Positions 8,668-18,165 of a DNA stretch of 64,000 nt are shown here, one piece after another. Within the stretch, counting starts at the first letter, position 1. Each line of letters starts with the position of its first letter. A model generated the notes under the pieces. That model made no database searches and was not told where the DNA came from. It was given only the letters and a program-made list of their open reading frames with translations. The stretch covers positions 9,101 through 73,100 of the forward strand of contig JAJTFW010000014.1 in assembly GCA_021299095.1 (NCBI GenBank), written 5' to 3'. Made by a program: the position numbers and the translations under genes. The stretch is from Sphingobacteriales bacterium. GTDB taxonomy: Bacteria > Bacteroidota > Bacteroidia > AKYH767-A > OLB10.

Positions 8668-10071
8668 ATGATACATGCAGAGCAATCAGATACGATTTGT
8701 GCCTTGGCTACTGCTCCAGGAGCTGGCGCGATTGCAGTTATCCGTATTTCTGGGACAATGGCCTTTGCTTCTCTCGAGGATTTCTTTTTTGATTCAAAAG
8801 GGAAATCGATTGACCTATTCTCATCCAAACCCCGGAAAATTCTTTTGGGTAATCTGGTAGACCAAAAACAGTTGATCGATGAAGTTTTAGTTTCCATTTT
8901 CAAAGGCCCTCACTCGTATACCGGGGAGGATACAGTAGAGATTTCTTGTCATGGTTCGGTTTTCATTCAACAGCAGGTATTAGCGATTTTACAACGGAGA
9001 GGGCTTCGGTTGGCAGGTCCAGGTGAATTCACCATGCGTGCGTTTCTGAATGGCAAGCTAGACTTGAGTCAGGCTGAGGCTGTTGGTGATTTGATTGCCG
9101 CAGAACATGGTCGGGCACACCAGGCAGCAATTCAACAGCTTCGTGGCGGATACACGCTCACGATTCAGCATTTAAGGCAACAATTGATTGATTTTGCATC
9201 CCTACTCGAATTGGAACTGGATTTTGCCGAGGAAGATGTGGAGTTCGCCAACCGCGAAAAGCTTCTAAACCTCGTAGAGGTACTATTGGGCGAAATACGC
9301 CAGCTTCAGATGGGATTCAATGCAGGAAATGTCCTAAAAAATGGAATCCCAGTCTTAATTGCCGGAAAACCCAATGTCGGGAAAAGTACTTTACTGAATG
9401 CTTTGCTGAATGAGGATAAAGCCATCGTAAGTGAAATTGCCGGTACAACACGGGATGTAATCGAGGATCATTTGGTCATCGACGGACTACGGTTCCGCTT
9501 CATGGACACCGCAGGTATTCGACAAACGGATGATACCATTGAGCGTATCGGAGTGGAGCGAACAATGCACTATGCCTCAAAGGCATCGATAATCGTTTAC
9601 CTCTGCGACCCCGACCAAAGTGATGCGGACTCACTAGCGGTTGAATTGGAGCACATACGCAAATCCAGTAACAACCACGATGCGCCTTTGATTCCAGTCA
9701 TCAATAAAAGCGATTGCTACAACGAAACAGAACTCCATTACCGCTACCAGAGTGTGAATAATGTCGTCTTAATTTCGGCACGTACCGGATTCAAATTAGA
9801 CGAACTGAAATCCGAATTGGTTTCTACCGCCCTATTGCTTACCGGATCTGAGTCTGAATTACTTGTTACAAACGCACGACATGCAGAATCGTTACGAAAA
9901 GCTGCAATGGCCCTCGAAAAAGTTCTTCATGGAATGCGACTTCAATTAAGCACAGACCTGTTGGCTTTTGAACTCAAAGATGCCATCAGAAACCTTGGTG
10001 AGATAACCGGAGAAGTTTACACTGATGATCTGCTTGGTAACATCTTTAGCAAGTTTTGTATCGGAAAGTAA
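8668..10071 (+). CDS. mnmE: tRNA uridine-5-carboxymethylaminomethyl modification GTPase MnmE (TrmE)
   Basis: N-terminal DTICALATAPGAGAIAVIRISG, G1 GKPNVGKSTLLN, G3 DTAGIR, G4 NKSD, and the universal C-terminal FCIGK. Confidence 0.95.
   Translation: MIHAEQSDTICALATAPGAGAIAVIRISGTMAFASLEDFFFDSKGKSIDLFSSKPRKILLGNLVDQKQLIDEVLVSIFKGPHSYTGEDTVEISCHGSVFIQQQVLAILQRRGLRLAGPGEFTMRAFLNGKLDLSQAEAVGDLIAAEHGRAHQAAIQQLRGGYTLTIQHLRQQLIDFASLLELELDFAEEDVEFANREKLLNLVEVLLGEIRQLQMGFNAGNVLKNGIPVLIAGKPNVGKSTLLNALLNEDKAIVSEIAGTTRDVIEDHLVIDGLRFRFMDTAGIRQTDDTIERIGVERTMHYASKASIIVYLCDPDQSDADSLAVELEHIRKSSNNHDAPLIPVINKSDCYNETELHYRYQSVNNVVLISARTGFKLDELKSELVSTALLLTGSESELLVTNARHAESLRKAAMALEKVLHGMRLQLSTDLLAFELKDAIRNLGEITGEVYTDDLLGNIFSKFCIGK
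10054..10070. repeat. direct repeat copy 1 (att-like core) inside the mnmE stop region
   Basis: TTTTGTATCGGAAAGTA is identical to 12432-12448. Confidence 0.9.
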
Positions 10072-10176
10072 TCGAGCAAAACAAACAAACACAAAACATA
10101 TTGAATAAAACCATAAAGCCCTTACTTACTGAGCATTTTTCATTTTCAACGCGCATTGAAGCCATTTTGAAAACGG

Positions 10177-10210
10177 CATTTGAAAATCGAAAAAATCAAA
10201 TTTTCAAATG
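10177..10210. repeat. perfect 11-bp inverted repeat in an AT-rich arm
   Basis: CATTTGAAAAT (10177-10187), a 12-nt spacer, then ATTTTCAAATG (10200-10210). Related CATT(TT)GAA(AA) copies occur at 10141, 10155 and 10163. Confidence 0.8.
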
Positions 10211-10238
10211 AATACAATGAATTACTTAACCCTGTGGG

Positions 10239-12242
10239 TTAATCCCTGAGACACCGAACAGAGAAGCCGAAGTGCTTATTGTAGTCGTCACGGTACACAG
10301 TCGCATTAGTGTAATTGTTGGCCCGGACCCAGGCGTTGCCGGTATTGGCCTCTGAAGCACTCCACCAGTAGCCTTGGCTGTTGATGGCGTCGTAAAAACC
10401 ACTGAAGATGCGGTAACCGCCTGGCAAACCTGAGAACCCACTGCCGTTGGTGGCCCCTTGGTTGGGAGCTTGCCAGAGACCTGTGCCCGATTGTAAATCG
10501 CCTACCTCCTTCATAAAGCCTCCGGCGATTGGGCTTTGAGTGAAGCTGCTTACCGATGTATCCGCCTGCGGGTCGAGCTGTTTCACCAATACATTCCATT
10601 CGCTGTCCGTTGGCAAATGCCAGCCTGTAGGACATAGACCCCTGGCATCGGCCACCGCATACCAGTTGTACAACTTGCCATAGATGTTGTTGTACTGGCT
10701 ACTGTCTTTGTAGTAGGCACAGGCGCCTTGGGTGGTGCTTTGCCATTGGGTGTTGTTCAAGCCTTTGGGTATCGTATCGCCGTTTTTGTATTTGGTGGTC
10801 TTCAGGTTTTCCTGCATCCACTCCTGCGTACCTATCTGTACCGTATTGTAGGTGTTGCCGTCGATGTCCGTTACCGTACCTGTTCCACCTCCACCTCCAC
10901 CACTGCAAACCGTTACATTACCCATATTGCCATTGGCAGGTATCTGCACAGGCGTGCCCGCCGTGAAAGGGTTGGTGCTATACGGGGAAAGCATTAATCC
11001 ACTACCGCAAGTGGAGAACGAGAACTGGCCTGAGGTGTCTGCAAAATGCACTTGGCCGTTTGTTACTACATATCCACCCGTTACCGGATTACCATTGCAT
11101 ACCAGCGTACCTGTTACTTGCGTGGCTCCTGGGACGACGGTTACCACAATGGGATTGAGGGCGGTGTTGGTGCTGTAGGGCCCAACACTTTGGGTGAGCA
11201 CCGTAGTGTTAGATGCACCGCAAGGCACCTGCACGGTCATGGCGAATGATTGGCCTGAAGCCACCCATCCGCTGAATTGCCCTTGCGCATTGGTGTAATC
11301 CGATGCCGTGCCGTTTGTTTGGCTGTTGAGGGTTACTGTAGCGCCGGCTATGGGCTGGCCTGTGGTGTTGGTAATGGTGCCTTGCAGCGTAATCCAGTTG
11401 CCAGGGATGTCGCAGTTCCAGAACGAAAAATGGTTCACCTGTGCTACATATGCACTACCCTGTTTGGTGGCCACACCCTCGTGTATCCAATACCCGTTCT
11501 GCTCGTCAAACGACCACAGGTCGATGCTGGCAGGTGCCGTGGCCAATTGTTGCGCTGCAATGGGGAAACGGACGGTGGCGGTTTGTCCCGAGGCCAGCTG
11601 CAAGGGTTGTCCGGCGTTGTCGGTAAGCTCCGCCGCGATCATGCCGTAGGATAGCAATCCGCGGCTTTGGTTGTTTTGCACACCAACCAAATTGCCTGGC
11701 ATTTCCTCAGAGAAGTTGTCGCTCTGGGTATCGATGTGTCGGATGGCTACCCGTACCGTGCCGTTGTAAGGCGCGTTGTTTTTAACGATGCCGTTGGCGG
11801 GAAGGGTTATCTCTACCGCTGAGTTTCCATCGTTAATGGTGGCGCCACTCGAGGAGCTTACGCTTCCATCGGGTGTGTTGGAGAGCAATCTTATGTTCAC
11901 CCTGTTGCCACCACTCAAAGGAACAAAGCTGCGTGAGCCGGGGAAGTAGCCTGCCTTGTCCACTGTAACATAGCCCAGGTTCTGATAAGCGTTGAAGTCA
12001 TTGATACGAAAAACCCCTTGGACATCGGTGGTGGCCGTGCTACCACCTGCGTTCACCGTGGCGCCAGCAACCGCATCGCCGTTCTCATCACTTACCGTTC
12101 CATAAACCGAAGCATTCACCCCTTGTCCCCACAAATCGCTGCTGGGTGGAGGCGCCGGTGCGGGATCTTCCGTATCGTCTTTTTTGCATGCGACAATGGC
12201 TAAGGACACCAGAATGGCAAGGGTAAGGAGATTTCTGAACAA
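10239..12242 (-). CDS. FISUMP-domain (Fibrobacter succinogenes major paralogous domain) surface lipoprotein with carboxypeptidase-regulatory-like repeats
   Basis: Lipoprotein signal LAILVSLAIVAC. Repeated G..SD.NG.P..GATV modules, a G5 linker, and a C-terminal FISUMP signature (VTDIDGNTYNTVQIGTQEWMQENL..YGKLYNWYA..LCPTGWHLPTDSEW..GGYR..FGFSVRCLRD). TTG start as listed. Confidence 0.8.
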   Translation of the reverse strand: MFRNLLTLAILVSLAIVACKKDDTEDPAPAPPPSSDLWGQGVNASVYGTVSDENGDAVAGATVNAGGSTATTDVQGVFRINDFNAYQNLGYVTVDKAGYFPGSRSFVPLSGGNRVNIRLLSNTPDGSVSSSSGATINDGNSAVEITLPANGIVKNNAPYNGTVRVAIRHIDTQSDNFSEEMPGNLVGVQNNQSRGLLSYGMIAAELTDNAGQPLQLASGQTATVRFPIAAQQLATAPASIDLWSFDEQNGYWIHEGVATKQGSAYVAQVNHFSFWNCDIPGNWITLQGTITNTTGQPIAGATVTLNSQTNGTASDYTNAQGQFSGWVASGQSFAMTVQVPCGASNTTVLTQSVGPYSTNTALNPIVVTVVPGATQVTGTLVCNGNPVTGGYVVTNGQVHFADTSGQFSFSTCGSGLMLSPYSTNPFTAGTPVQIPANGNMGNVTVCSGGGGGGTGTVTDIDGNTYNTVQIGTQEWMQENLKTTKYKNGDTIPKGLNNTQWQSTTQGACAYYKDSSQYNNIYGKLYNWYAVADARGLCPTGWHLPTDSEWNVLVKQLDPQADTSVSSFTQSPIAGGFMKEVGDLQSGTGLWQAPNQGATNGSGFSGLPGGYRIFSGFYDAINSQGYWWSASEANTGNAWVRANNYTNATVYRDDYNKHFGFSVRCLRD

Positions 12243-12431
12243 GGTTTTGTTTTTTTAGAGTTCAAAATGTAGAAGACACATCAAAAGCGGGTTTGTAGTA
12301 CGATGATAGTGTAAATTTAGAATCGGGCAAAAAAGGGATTTTATCAAAAACGGATAATAGAATTTATGCCATTAATCGTACCCTATTTGTAGCCCGAAAT
12401 CATATTTAACTAAATATCATTACTGAATATA

Positions 12432-12448
12432 TTTTGTATCGGAAAGTA
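12432..12448. repeat. direct repeat copy 2 (att-like core; relic mnmE 3' end)
   Basis: TTTTGTATCGGAAAGTA again reads F-C-I-G-K followed by a stop (TAG). The upstream frame reads SLLNIF, resembling the MnmE tail. Confidence 0.9.
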
Positions 12449-12481
12449 GTTTCCTTCCACGAGTTTTGATTTTTTCCTGGG

Positions 12482-12509
12482 ATCAGTCTCTTGGACTCTC
12501 AAGACTGAT
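12482..12509 (+). terminator. hairpin downstream of repeat copy 2 (candidate original mnmE terminator)
   Basis: ATCAGTCT (12482-12489) and AGACTGAT (12502-12509) form an 8-bp stem with a 12-nt loop, followed by TTTAT. The U-tract is weak. Confidence 0.35.
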
Positions 12510-12563
12510 TTATGTCATGCAACTTTACAGGTGTTATTTCGTTATGATTGTAAAAAGATAAAT

Positions 12564-13748
12564 ATGCTCACATTTCACTCTGCCAGTGCCCGTGTTGTTA
12601 ACTCAGGTCGAGCTATGACCGAATGCCTCGAAGTAGCCATGGGCAATTCGATTCAAGAGGCTGATTTGATCGTTTTCCACGCATCCATTGGCCATGATTT
12701 TGCAGAACTTGCTCGTACAGCCAAGCAACTTGCACCCAATGCCCGTCTAGTTGGTGCATCCTGCTGCGGTGTAGTTGGCCGTGAGGGTGTGAGTGAATCC
12801 ATGAAAGATATTGCCGTAATGGCTATCACCGGCAAAGACTTCGTTCTGGAGCATACCGATGGAATTTATGGTTCAAATAGTTATGAGAAATGCCTGGAGA
12901 TGGCACGAAGGATGAAAGCTGAATCGGCCGACATCAACATGGTTTACTTCATGGCTTCCGGTATTGATATCGCAAATGACCGATGTATTGCGGCATTTGA
13001 GGAAGTCCTGGGTTCTGATGTGACAATTTTCGGAGCAACATCTTCCGACAACATGAAGGGCTTCATCAGTTACCAGGTAGTCGATGAGCAGGTGACACAG
13101 CACGGAGCATTTGCTATTGGATTTACTGATAAGTCCCTCAAAGTGGATACTCAGGCCACCCATGGATTTGTGGCAATTGGCGAACCCCTCGTTGTGACCA
13201 AGTCGACAGGCCATATTATCCATGAATTAAACAACAAACCAGCCTGGACAGAATACCTCAATCGATTAGGACTTGCTGCTTCTGCCACTTGTGGTGATAC
13301 AATTCCAGTTGGAGCCCTCGGCGAGGAACTGAACGATGCCTTAGCTGCTGAGTACGGAAACAGGCATATTTTACGGGTTGTTACCAGCCACACGGGTGAT
13401 GATATGTATTATGCCACAGACTGTCCGGAAGGAACGAAACTTTGGCTTACTACCCGTGACGAGGACCTCATCTTCCGCGAAATGGCGCAAATGGTCATGA
13501 AAATGAAGGATCGGATGCAGGGCAAGACTCCCGTGGCCGTATTTCACGCCGACTGCCTAGCGCGTGGACGATTTCTGTTCAACCGGATCATCAAAGAGGA
13601 ATTGGTCGGTATCATGCAAACTCCGTTTTATACGAATGGAGAGTGTCCACCCTGGTTGGGTATGTACGGTTTTGGTGAATTTGCCCGCCTAGGCGGCCTC
13701 AATACCTACCACAATTACACGTCAGCATTGTATGTGATTTACCGTTAA
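12564..13748 (+). CDS. FIST-domain (FIST_N + FIST_C) sensory protein
   Basis: About 395 aa. The N-terminal part has ..LVGASCCGVVG... The C-terminal part has VAVFHADCLARGRFLF..GMYGFGEFARLGG.NTYHNYTSALYVI, which matches the FIST_C pattern as I recall it. ATG 12564 is preferred over GTG 12531. Confidence 0.7.
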   Translation: MLTFHSASARVVNSGRAMTECLEVAMGNSIQEADLIVFHASIGHDFAELARTAKQLAPNARLVGASCCGVVGREGVSESMKDIAVMAITGKDFVLEHTDGIYGSNSYEKCLEMARRMKAESADINMVYFMASGIDIANDRCIAAFEEVLGSDVTIFGATSSDNMKGFISYQVVDEQVTQHGAFAIGFTDKSLKVDTQATHGFVAIGEPLVVTKSTGHIIHELNNKPAWTEYLNRLGLAASATCGDTIPVGALGEELNDALAAEYGNRHILRVVTSHTGDDMYYATDCPEGTKLWLTTRDEDLIFREMAQMVMKMKDRMQGKTPVAVFHADCLARGRFLFNRIIKEELVGIMQTPFYTNGECPPWLGMYGFGEFARLGGLNTYHNYTSALYVIYR

Positions 13749-13774
13749 CGACATTTTTAGGATCAGTAAGGGTG

Positions 13775-16735
13775 ATGGACCAGCCCGACTATAAGAGCTT
13801 GCTAGAGCAGTACCGTGAGTTACAACTCAGGGTGACGCGCTTTTCAGCTACTCAGCAGGAGCTGATCAATACACGCGATCGCCTCGATCAGGAACTCGAG
13901 CTGTATAAACGTCTGAATCGTTTCAGCCAGGATTCTCTGGCCGAAATGAGTACCAGTCGATTCCTGCAGCTTGTCGCCGAAGCGATGATTGAGCTACTAG
14001 AGGTTGAGAGTGCGGCAGCTATTCTTTTTCGAAGTGTAGAAAATCCGGAACCGCTGTTGGTTCACGAGGGACACCTCACTTCAGAGAACACTTCAGTATT
14101 GTGTACAACGTTGAACACAGATGTACGGAAACATGCAAAAACTGGAGTTCAATTGCTCTCGTCTGAGCATATTCAGACCGAGTTCAAGCTAGCAGAATTC
14201 TCCCAGGGCTTGTATCTAGCGTACTACGATGAAGAAGGCGATTTTTCCCTTCACCTGATTGCCCTAATCTCACAAGGGAATGCGCCCCTCTACCCTTCCC
14301 TACTACCGAGACACCAAACGATATTTGGCGTGTTTGCACAGCACGCATCCGCCATTCTTGCCAACCGGCAAAAAAGGAAACAGATTACCCAACAGATTGC
14401 AGTAATTCAGGAATCTGAACGGGAACTCCGTAAACTCTCCCTTATTGCTACCAAGACTAAAAATGGTGTTATCATTACCGATAACCAGGGCAGAATCGAA
14501 TGGGTGAATCAGAGCTTTGAGCAAACGACCGGATATACATTAATAGAAGTACTCGGGAAGAAACCACGCGATTTTCTTCAAGGACCACATACAGACGATG
14601 AGGCAAGGAAAAAGCTGAGCGAAGCGCTTAGAAATAAGGAGGGCATTGAAATCACCTTGGTAAACTACGATAAATCCGGTAGGCTTTATTATAATTTGCT
14701 GGAGATAACTCCTGTTTTTGATGATGCGGGAAATCACATCAATTTCATTGCAGTGCAAAAAGACATCACCGAAGAAACAATCATAAAAGAGGAAATTATC
14801 AGGGCTAACTCACGATTTGAACGCATTGCAAACAAGTCGGGTATCGGGGTTTGGGAATCCACTCTTGAAACTGGTGCTTTGATTTGGAACAAAGTTCTTG
14901 CTCAACTTTACGCGATTCCTCCTGGCTCAACGGCCAACGATTTCAGGACATTGGCATCAGCATGTATAAATGCCGATGATCGCCCCTTGCTTGATGAAAC
15001 CATGATCCGTTTAAGGTCAGGGGAAATTGATGATGCAGAACTTGAATTCAGAATACGTAGACCTTCCGATGGAATGACCCGTATCATTTATGGAACATTC
15101 CTTAGCGAACGAAATGGTTTGGGTGAGGTAGTTAGGGTGCTTGGATCCTCCTTAGATATTACAGAAGAGCGGACAGTAGAAGAACGACTTAGGGCAGGTG
15201 AAGCGAAATACCGTGGTCTTATTGAGAGCGTTAGCTTGGGATTGGTTGAGAGTGATCTCAACGGAAATGCAGTTTACTACAACAAGCAGTTCATAAGCCT
15301 CACGCAAATTACAGTTCCTGCATTGTTGGTATTAAATGAGATGCCCGAATTGGTGCTTTCAAGTCGGGTTTCTGACGGCACTATTCTTTCTTATACCCGT
15401 GTGGAAGATTCTGTATTCGAAGTTGATTTGCGAAGAAAAGACGGGTCGTTGATCAGTCTGCTGCTTAGTTCCGCACCGGTTTTAGACGAGAATGGTTCAA
15501 AATCCGGGTATATCTGCTTGTATGTCGATATTACATCGACAAAACTCCTTCGTAAAAATTTGGAAACAGCACTTCAGGAACGTGATGAGTTTTTGAGGAA
15601 AGTGAACACCACAAAGCATTTTTATGAAAGTATCCTGAATCAGTCCCCGTCAGAAATGCTGGTATTGGATTCCAGTATGAAATTGCTTTATGCCAACCAG
15701 TTAATGCGGGAAAATGAACCCCTGATTGGACGGATGTTAGATTTATATGTTGGGCTCAAATTAAGCGATGTGGTAACGAATGATGAACGGCTGAAGGTGT
15801 TATTCGAAAAAGTTCAATTGAGCATGCAACTTCAACAATTGATGCAGTTCGAAGAGACTCGGGAAGATTCAAATAACCAGCGGCAAACCATTTTGAGAAG
15901 CATCCTTCCCTATAAAAATAAAGCAGGCGGTCTCGAGTATGTAATCATATCTGGAACGGATATCAGTCCGCTAAAGCGTATACAGCAAGACGTAATCGAC
16001 AAGAACGAAGAGTTGAAAAAAATCAATGCTGAGTTGGACAACTTCGTTTACAGTATTTCGCATGATTTACGTAGTCCATTGCTTTCAATTAAAGGAATTT
16101 TAGGTATGGTCTCGGAAGAAACAACTTTTGATGATCAAAACAGGCAGTTGATGAGTATGGCTTTGGATTCCACAGATCGCCTGGATGGAACTATTCAGGA
16201 AATACTCGACTACTCCCGTAACTCAAGAACCGAACTTCGATTGAGTGAGGTTTTCTTAGCTGATATTGTTAAAAACGTTTTCAGTGATCTGCGCTATGCA
16301 GCACCCGAGGGATTCATGTTTCGCTTGGAGGATCGTATTAAGGAAAAGGTACTTACAGACAATTATCGTGTTGCCACTTTACTTAAAAACATTATCGGGA
16401 ATGCCGTTAAGTATAGGCGTGATACTATAGCTGACCCCCATGTCGAGGTAGTCCTTGAACGCGTTGATGAGTATATCAGTATTCAGGTGATTGATAACGG
16501 CAGTGGAATTTCGGAGAAAAACGTAGGAAAGGTTTTCGATATGTTTTTCCGTGCGAATATCACAGTTACCGGTACGGGATTGGGCTTGTATATATGCCGG
16601 GAAATCATAAATCGGCTTGGTGGTAAAATAAATGTCAACTCGATTCCTGGCAAAGGGTCAACATTTACCATTTTATTGCCCTCCGAGTACGATCAGAGCG
16701 GAAATGATTTGATGAAATTGGCAGCAGATCATTGA
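13775..16735 (+). CDS. soluble multi-PAS sensor histidine kinase (no receiver domain)
   Basis: N-terminal coiled coil, several PAS/PAC modules (e.g. GVIITDNQGRIEWVNQSFEQTTGY), H-box FVYSISHDLRSPL, N-box IIGNAVKY, G1 DNGSGI, G2 GTGLGL. No hydrophobic TM segments seen. Confidence 0.9.
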   Translation: MDQPDYKSLLEQYRELQLRVTRFSATQQELINTRDRLDQELELYKRLNRFSQDSLAEMSTSRFLQLVAEAMIELLEVESAAAILFRSVENPEPLLVHEGHLTSENTSVLCTTLNTDVRKHAKTGVQLLSSEHIQTEFKLAEFSQGLYLAYYDEEGDFSLHLIALISQGNAPLYPSLLPRHQTIFGVFAQHASAILANRQKRKQITQQIAVIQESERELRKLSLIATKTKNGVIITDNQGRIEWVNQSFEQTTGYTLIEVLGKKPRDFLQGPHTDDEARKKLSEALRNKEGIEITLVNYDKSGRLYYNLLEITPVFDDAGNHINFIAVQKDITEETIIKEEIIRANSRFERIANKSGIGVWESTLETGALIWNKVLAQLYAIPPGSTANDFRTLASACINADDRPLLDETMIRLRSGEIDDAELEFRIRRPSDGMTRIIYGTFLSERNGLGEVVRVLGSSLDITEERTVEERLRAGEAKYRGLIESVSLGLVESDLNGNAVYYNKQFISLTQITVPALLVLNEMPELVLSSRVSDGTILSYTRVEDSVFEVDLRRKDGSLISLLLSSAPVLDENGSKSGYICLYVDITSTKLLRKNLETALQERDEFLRKVNTTKHFYESILNQSPSEMLVLDSSMKLLYANQLMRENEPLIGRMLDLYVGLKLSDVVTNDERLKVLFEKVQLSMQLQQLMQFEETREDSNNQRQTILRSILPYKNKAGGLEYVIISGTDISPLKRIQQDVIDKNEELKKINAELDNFVYSISHDLRSPLLSIKGILGMVSEETTFDDQNRQLMSMALDSTDRLDGTIQEILDYSRNSRTELRLSEVFLADIVKNVFSDLRYAAPEGFMFRLEDRIKEKVLTDNYRVATLLKNIIGNAVKYRRDTIADPHVEVVLERVDEYISIQVIDNGSGISEKNVGKVFDMFFRANITVTGTGLGLYICREIINRLGGKINVNSIPGKGSTFTILLPSEYDQSGNDLMKLAADH

Positions 16736-16759
16736 TGTTGTTTTTCTATTTTAGTCTTT

Positions 16760-17392
16760 ATGGTGAACCCTTATCCGCTCCAGCTACTGCTAGCTTCATT
16801 CCTTCTTTTGACCGCCTGTCAACAAGGCAATGAACAACCCGTTTCTAAAGAATCCAAAGATTCTTCCATTAACGAAACCGCTGTAGAACCAAAGAAAGTC
16901 ATTTCGACTGAAACGATTTCGCAGTCGGACACGACCGGCTTTTTCCCGGAGTCTGTTTTTGGTTTCTACAAATCACTGACACCGGAATCTACCTTGTTAG
17001 ACGACAAAGGCAATTCGATTCTTAACAACAACACCCCCGTCATTGTACCGGCCACAGTGAATTATATTCAATTGGATCACGGAAACGTTTACGGCATTCA
17101 GGTATCTAACAAACAGCGCTATTTGTTTACAGGTTATTATGAGCTAAAACAAGGAAGCACCCCTGACAAAGGGCGTTTGACGTTGATTCTACAGGGGAAA
17201 TCAATGAAGAATGGGCAGGCGCTCGGGCCTTGGATTCCTGAAGTTAGCTATGAACGCAACATGCAGGGCATGTATCGATTCAGTCTGATTGGCACAGCAG
17301 GAGCACCGGATGCCGAAATGAATTGGATTTTTAAGGATAAATCTAGCAGTGATTTGCTCAACTTGATTGACAAGGAAAGTAAAACCTTGTAA
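16760..17392 (+). CDS. hypothetical lipoprotein
   Basis: Signal plus lipobox LLASFLLLTAC. No recognisable domain. Confidence 0.5.
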   Translation: MVNPYPLQLLLASFLLLTACQQGNEQPVSKESKDSSINETAVEPKKVISTETISQSDTTGFFPESVFGFYKSLTPESTLLDDKGNSILNNNTPVIVPATVNYIQLDHGNVYGIQVSNKQRYLFTGYYELKQGSTPDKGRLTLILQGKSMKNGQALGPWIPEVSYERNMQGMYRFSLIGTAGAPDAEMNWIFKDKSSSDLLNLIDKESKTL

Positions 17393-17448
17393 ATCTCGTC
17401 GAACAATTCAGGGTTTTACGTGTTAATGCTTAGCAAACTGACGCCACT

Positions 17449-18165
17449 GTGGATACTCCAATTGATACCGCCAAGGCTAATCTGATAACAATCCGTTTTC
17501 TACGTTTTAATGGTGCAAAGGCCTGTTGGAATGCGTTCGCTGAAATGGGCCGAAAACTACGTAAACCATGGATTGCCGACGGTTTGTTATTCTCCAAACA
17601 TTTTGGCAGTGGAGCCGGTAGTGGTTTTTCGATTTTACCGAATTTTAATACATATGTTTTTTTAGGAGCATGGCATGATGAAGAGGATGCAAATCGATTC
17701 TTCACATCAAATACCGATTGGACTGTACTACAACAATCAACAACAGAAATTTTTGGTTGGGATGCCGTACCAATTAAAGGACATGGCACATGGAATGGAA
17801 AACAACCGTTTCACTATAGCCAAAATCCTGGTAATTGGAACGGGGAAATCGGAGTGATTACTCGAGCCACGATCAAATGGAGTCAGGCTGCGCGGTTCTG
17901 GTGGAATGTACCTGCTTCGCAAAAGAACATTCAGTCCCATGCAGGAATGTTATTTTCTAAAGGGATTGGCGAAACGCCCCTTCTTGAGCTAGCTACAGTT
18001 TCACTTTGGAAGTCGGAAGCGGATTTGCAACAATTCGCCTACAGAAGCAAAGAGCATGCACCTATGGTCAAAAAAACCAGGTTGTACAATTGGTTCGGCG
18101 AAGAGATGTTTATGCGTATGGCAGTTACAAAACGCATTGGCGAGCTGCCACTTCTAAGCCCATAG
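17449..18165 (+). CDS. CrtA-like (spheroidene monooxygenase family) protein
   Basis: 238 aa. The N-terminal pattern ITIRFLRF...W.AF..MG......GLLFSKHFGSGAGSGFS..PN...Y.FLGAW resembles the CrtA family from memory. GTG start. Confidence 0.45.
   Translation: MDTPIDTAKANLITIRFLRFNGAKACWNAFAEMGRKLRKPWIADGLLFSKHFGSGAGSGFSILPNFNTYVFLGAWHDEEDANRFFTSNTDWTVLQQSTTEIFGWDAVPIKGHGTWNGKQPFHYSQNPGNWNGEIGVITRATIKWSQAARFWWNVPASQKNIQSHAGMLFSKGIGETPLLELATVSLWKSEADLQQFAYRSKEHAPMVKKTRLYNWFGEEMFMRMAVTKRIGELPLLSP

Noticed and set aside
10306-12203. Nine overlapping ORFs of 60-125 aa in alternative frames within the FISUMP gene.
   Set aside because: They are by-products of the locally higher GC and low stop-codon density. 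The 667-aa frame has a lipoprotein signal and a clear FISUMP signature. I used the density of spurious ORFs only as a compositional clue.
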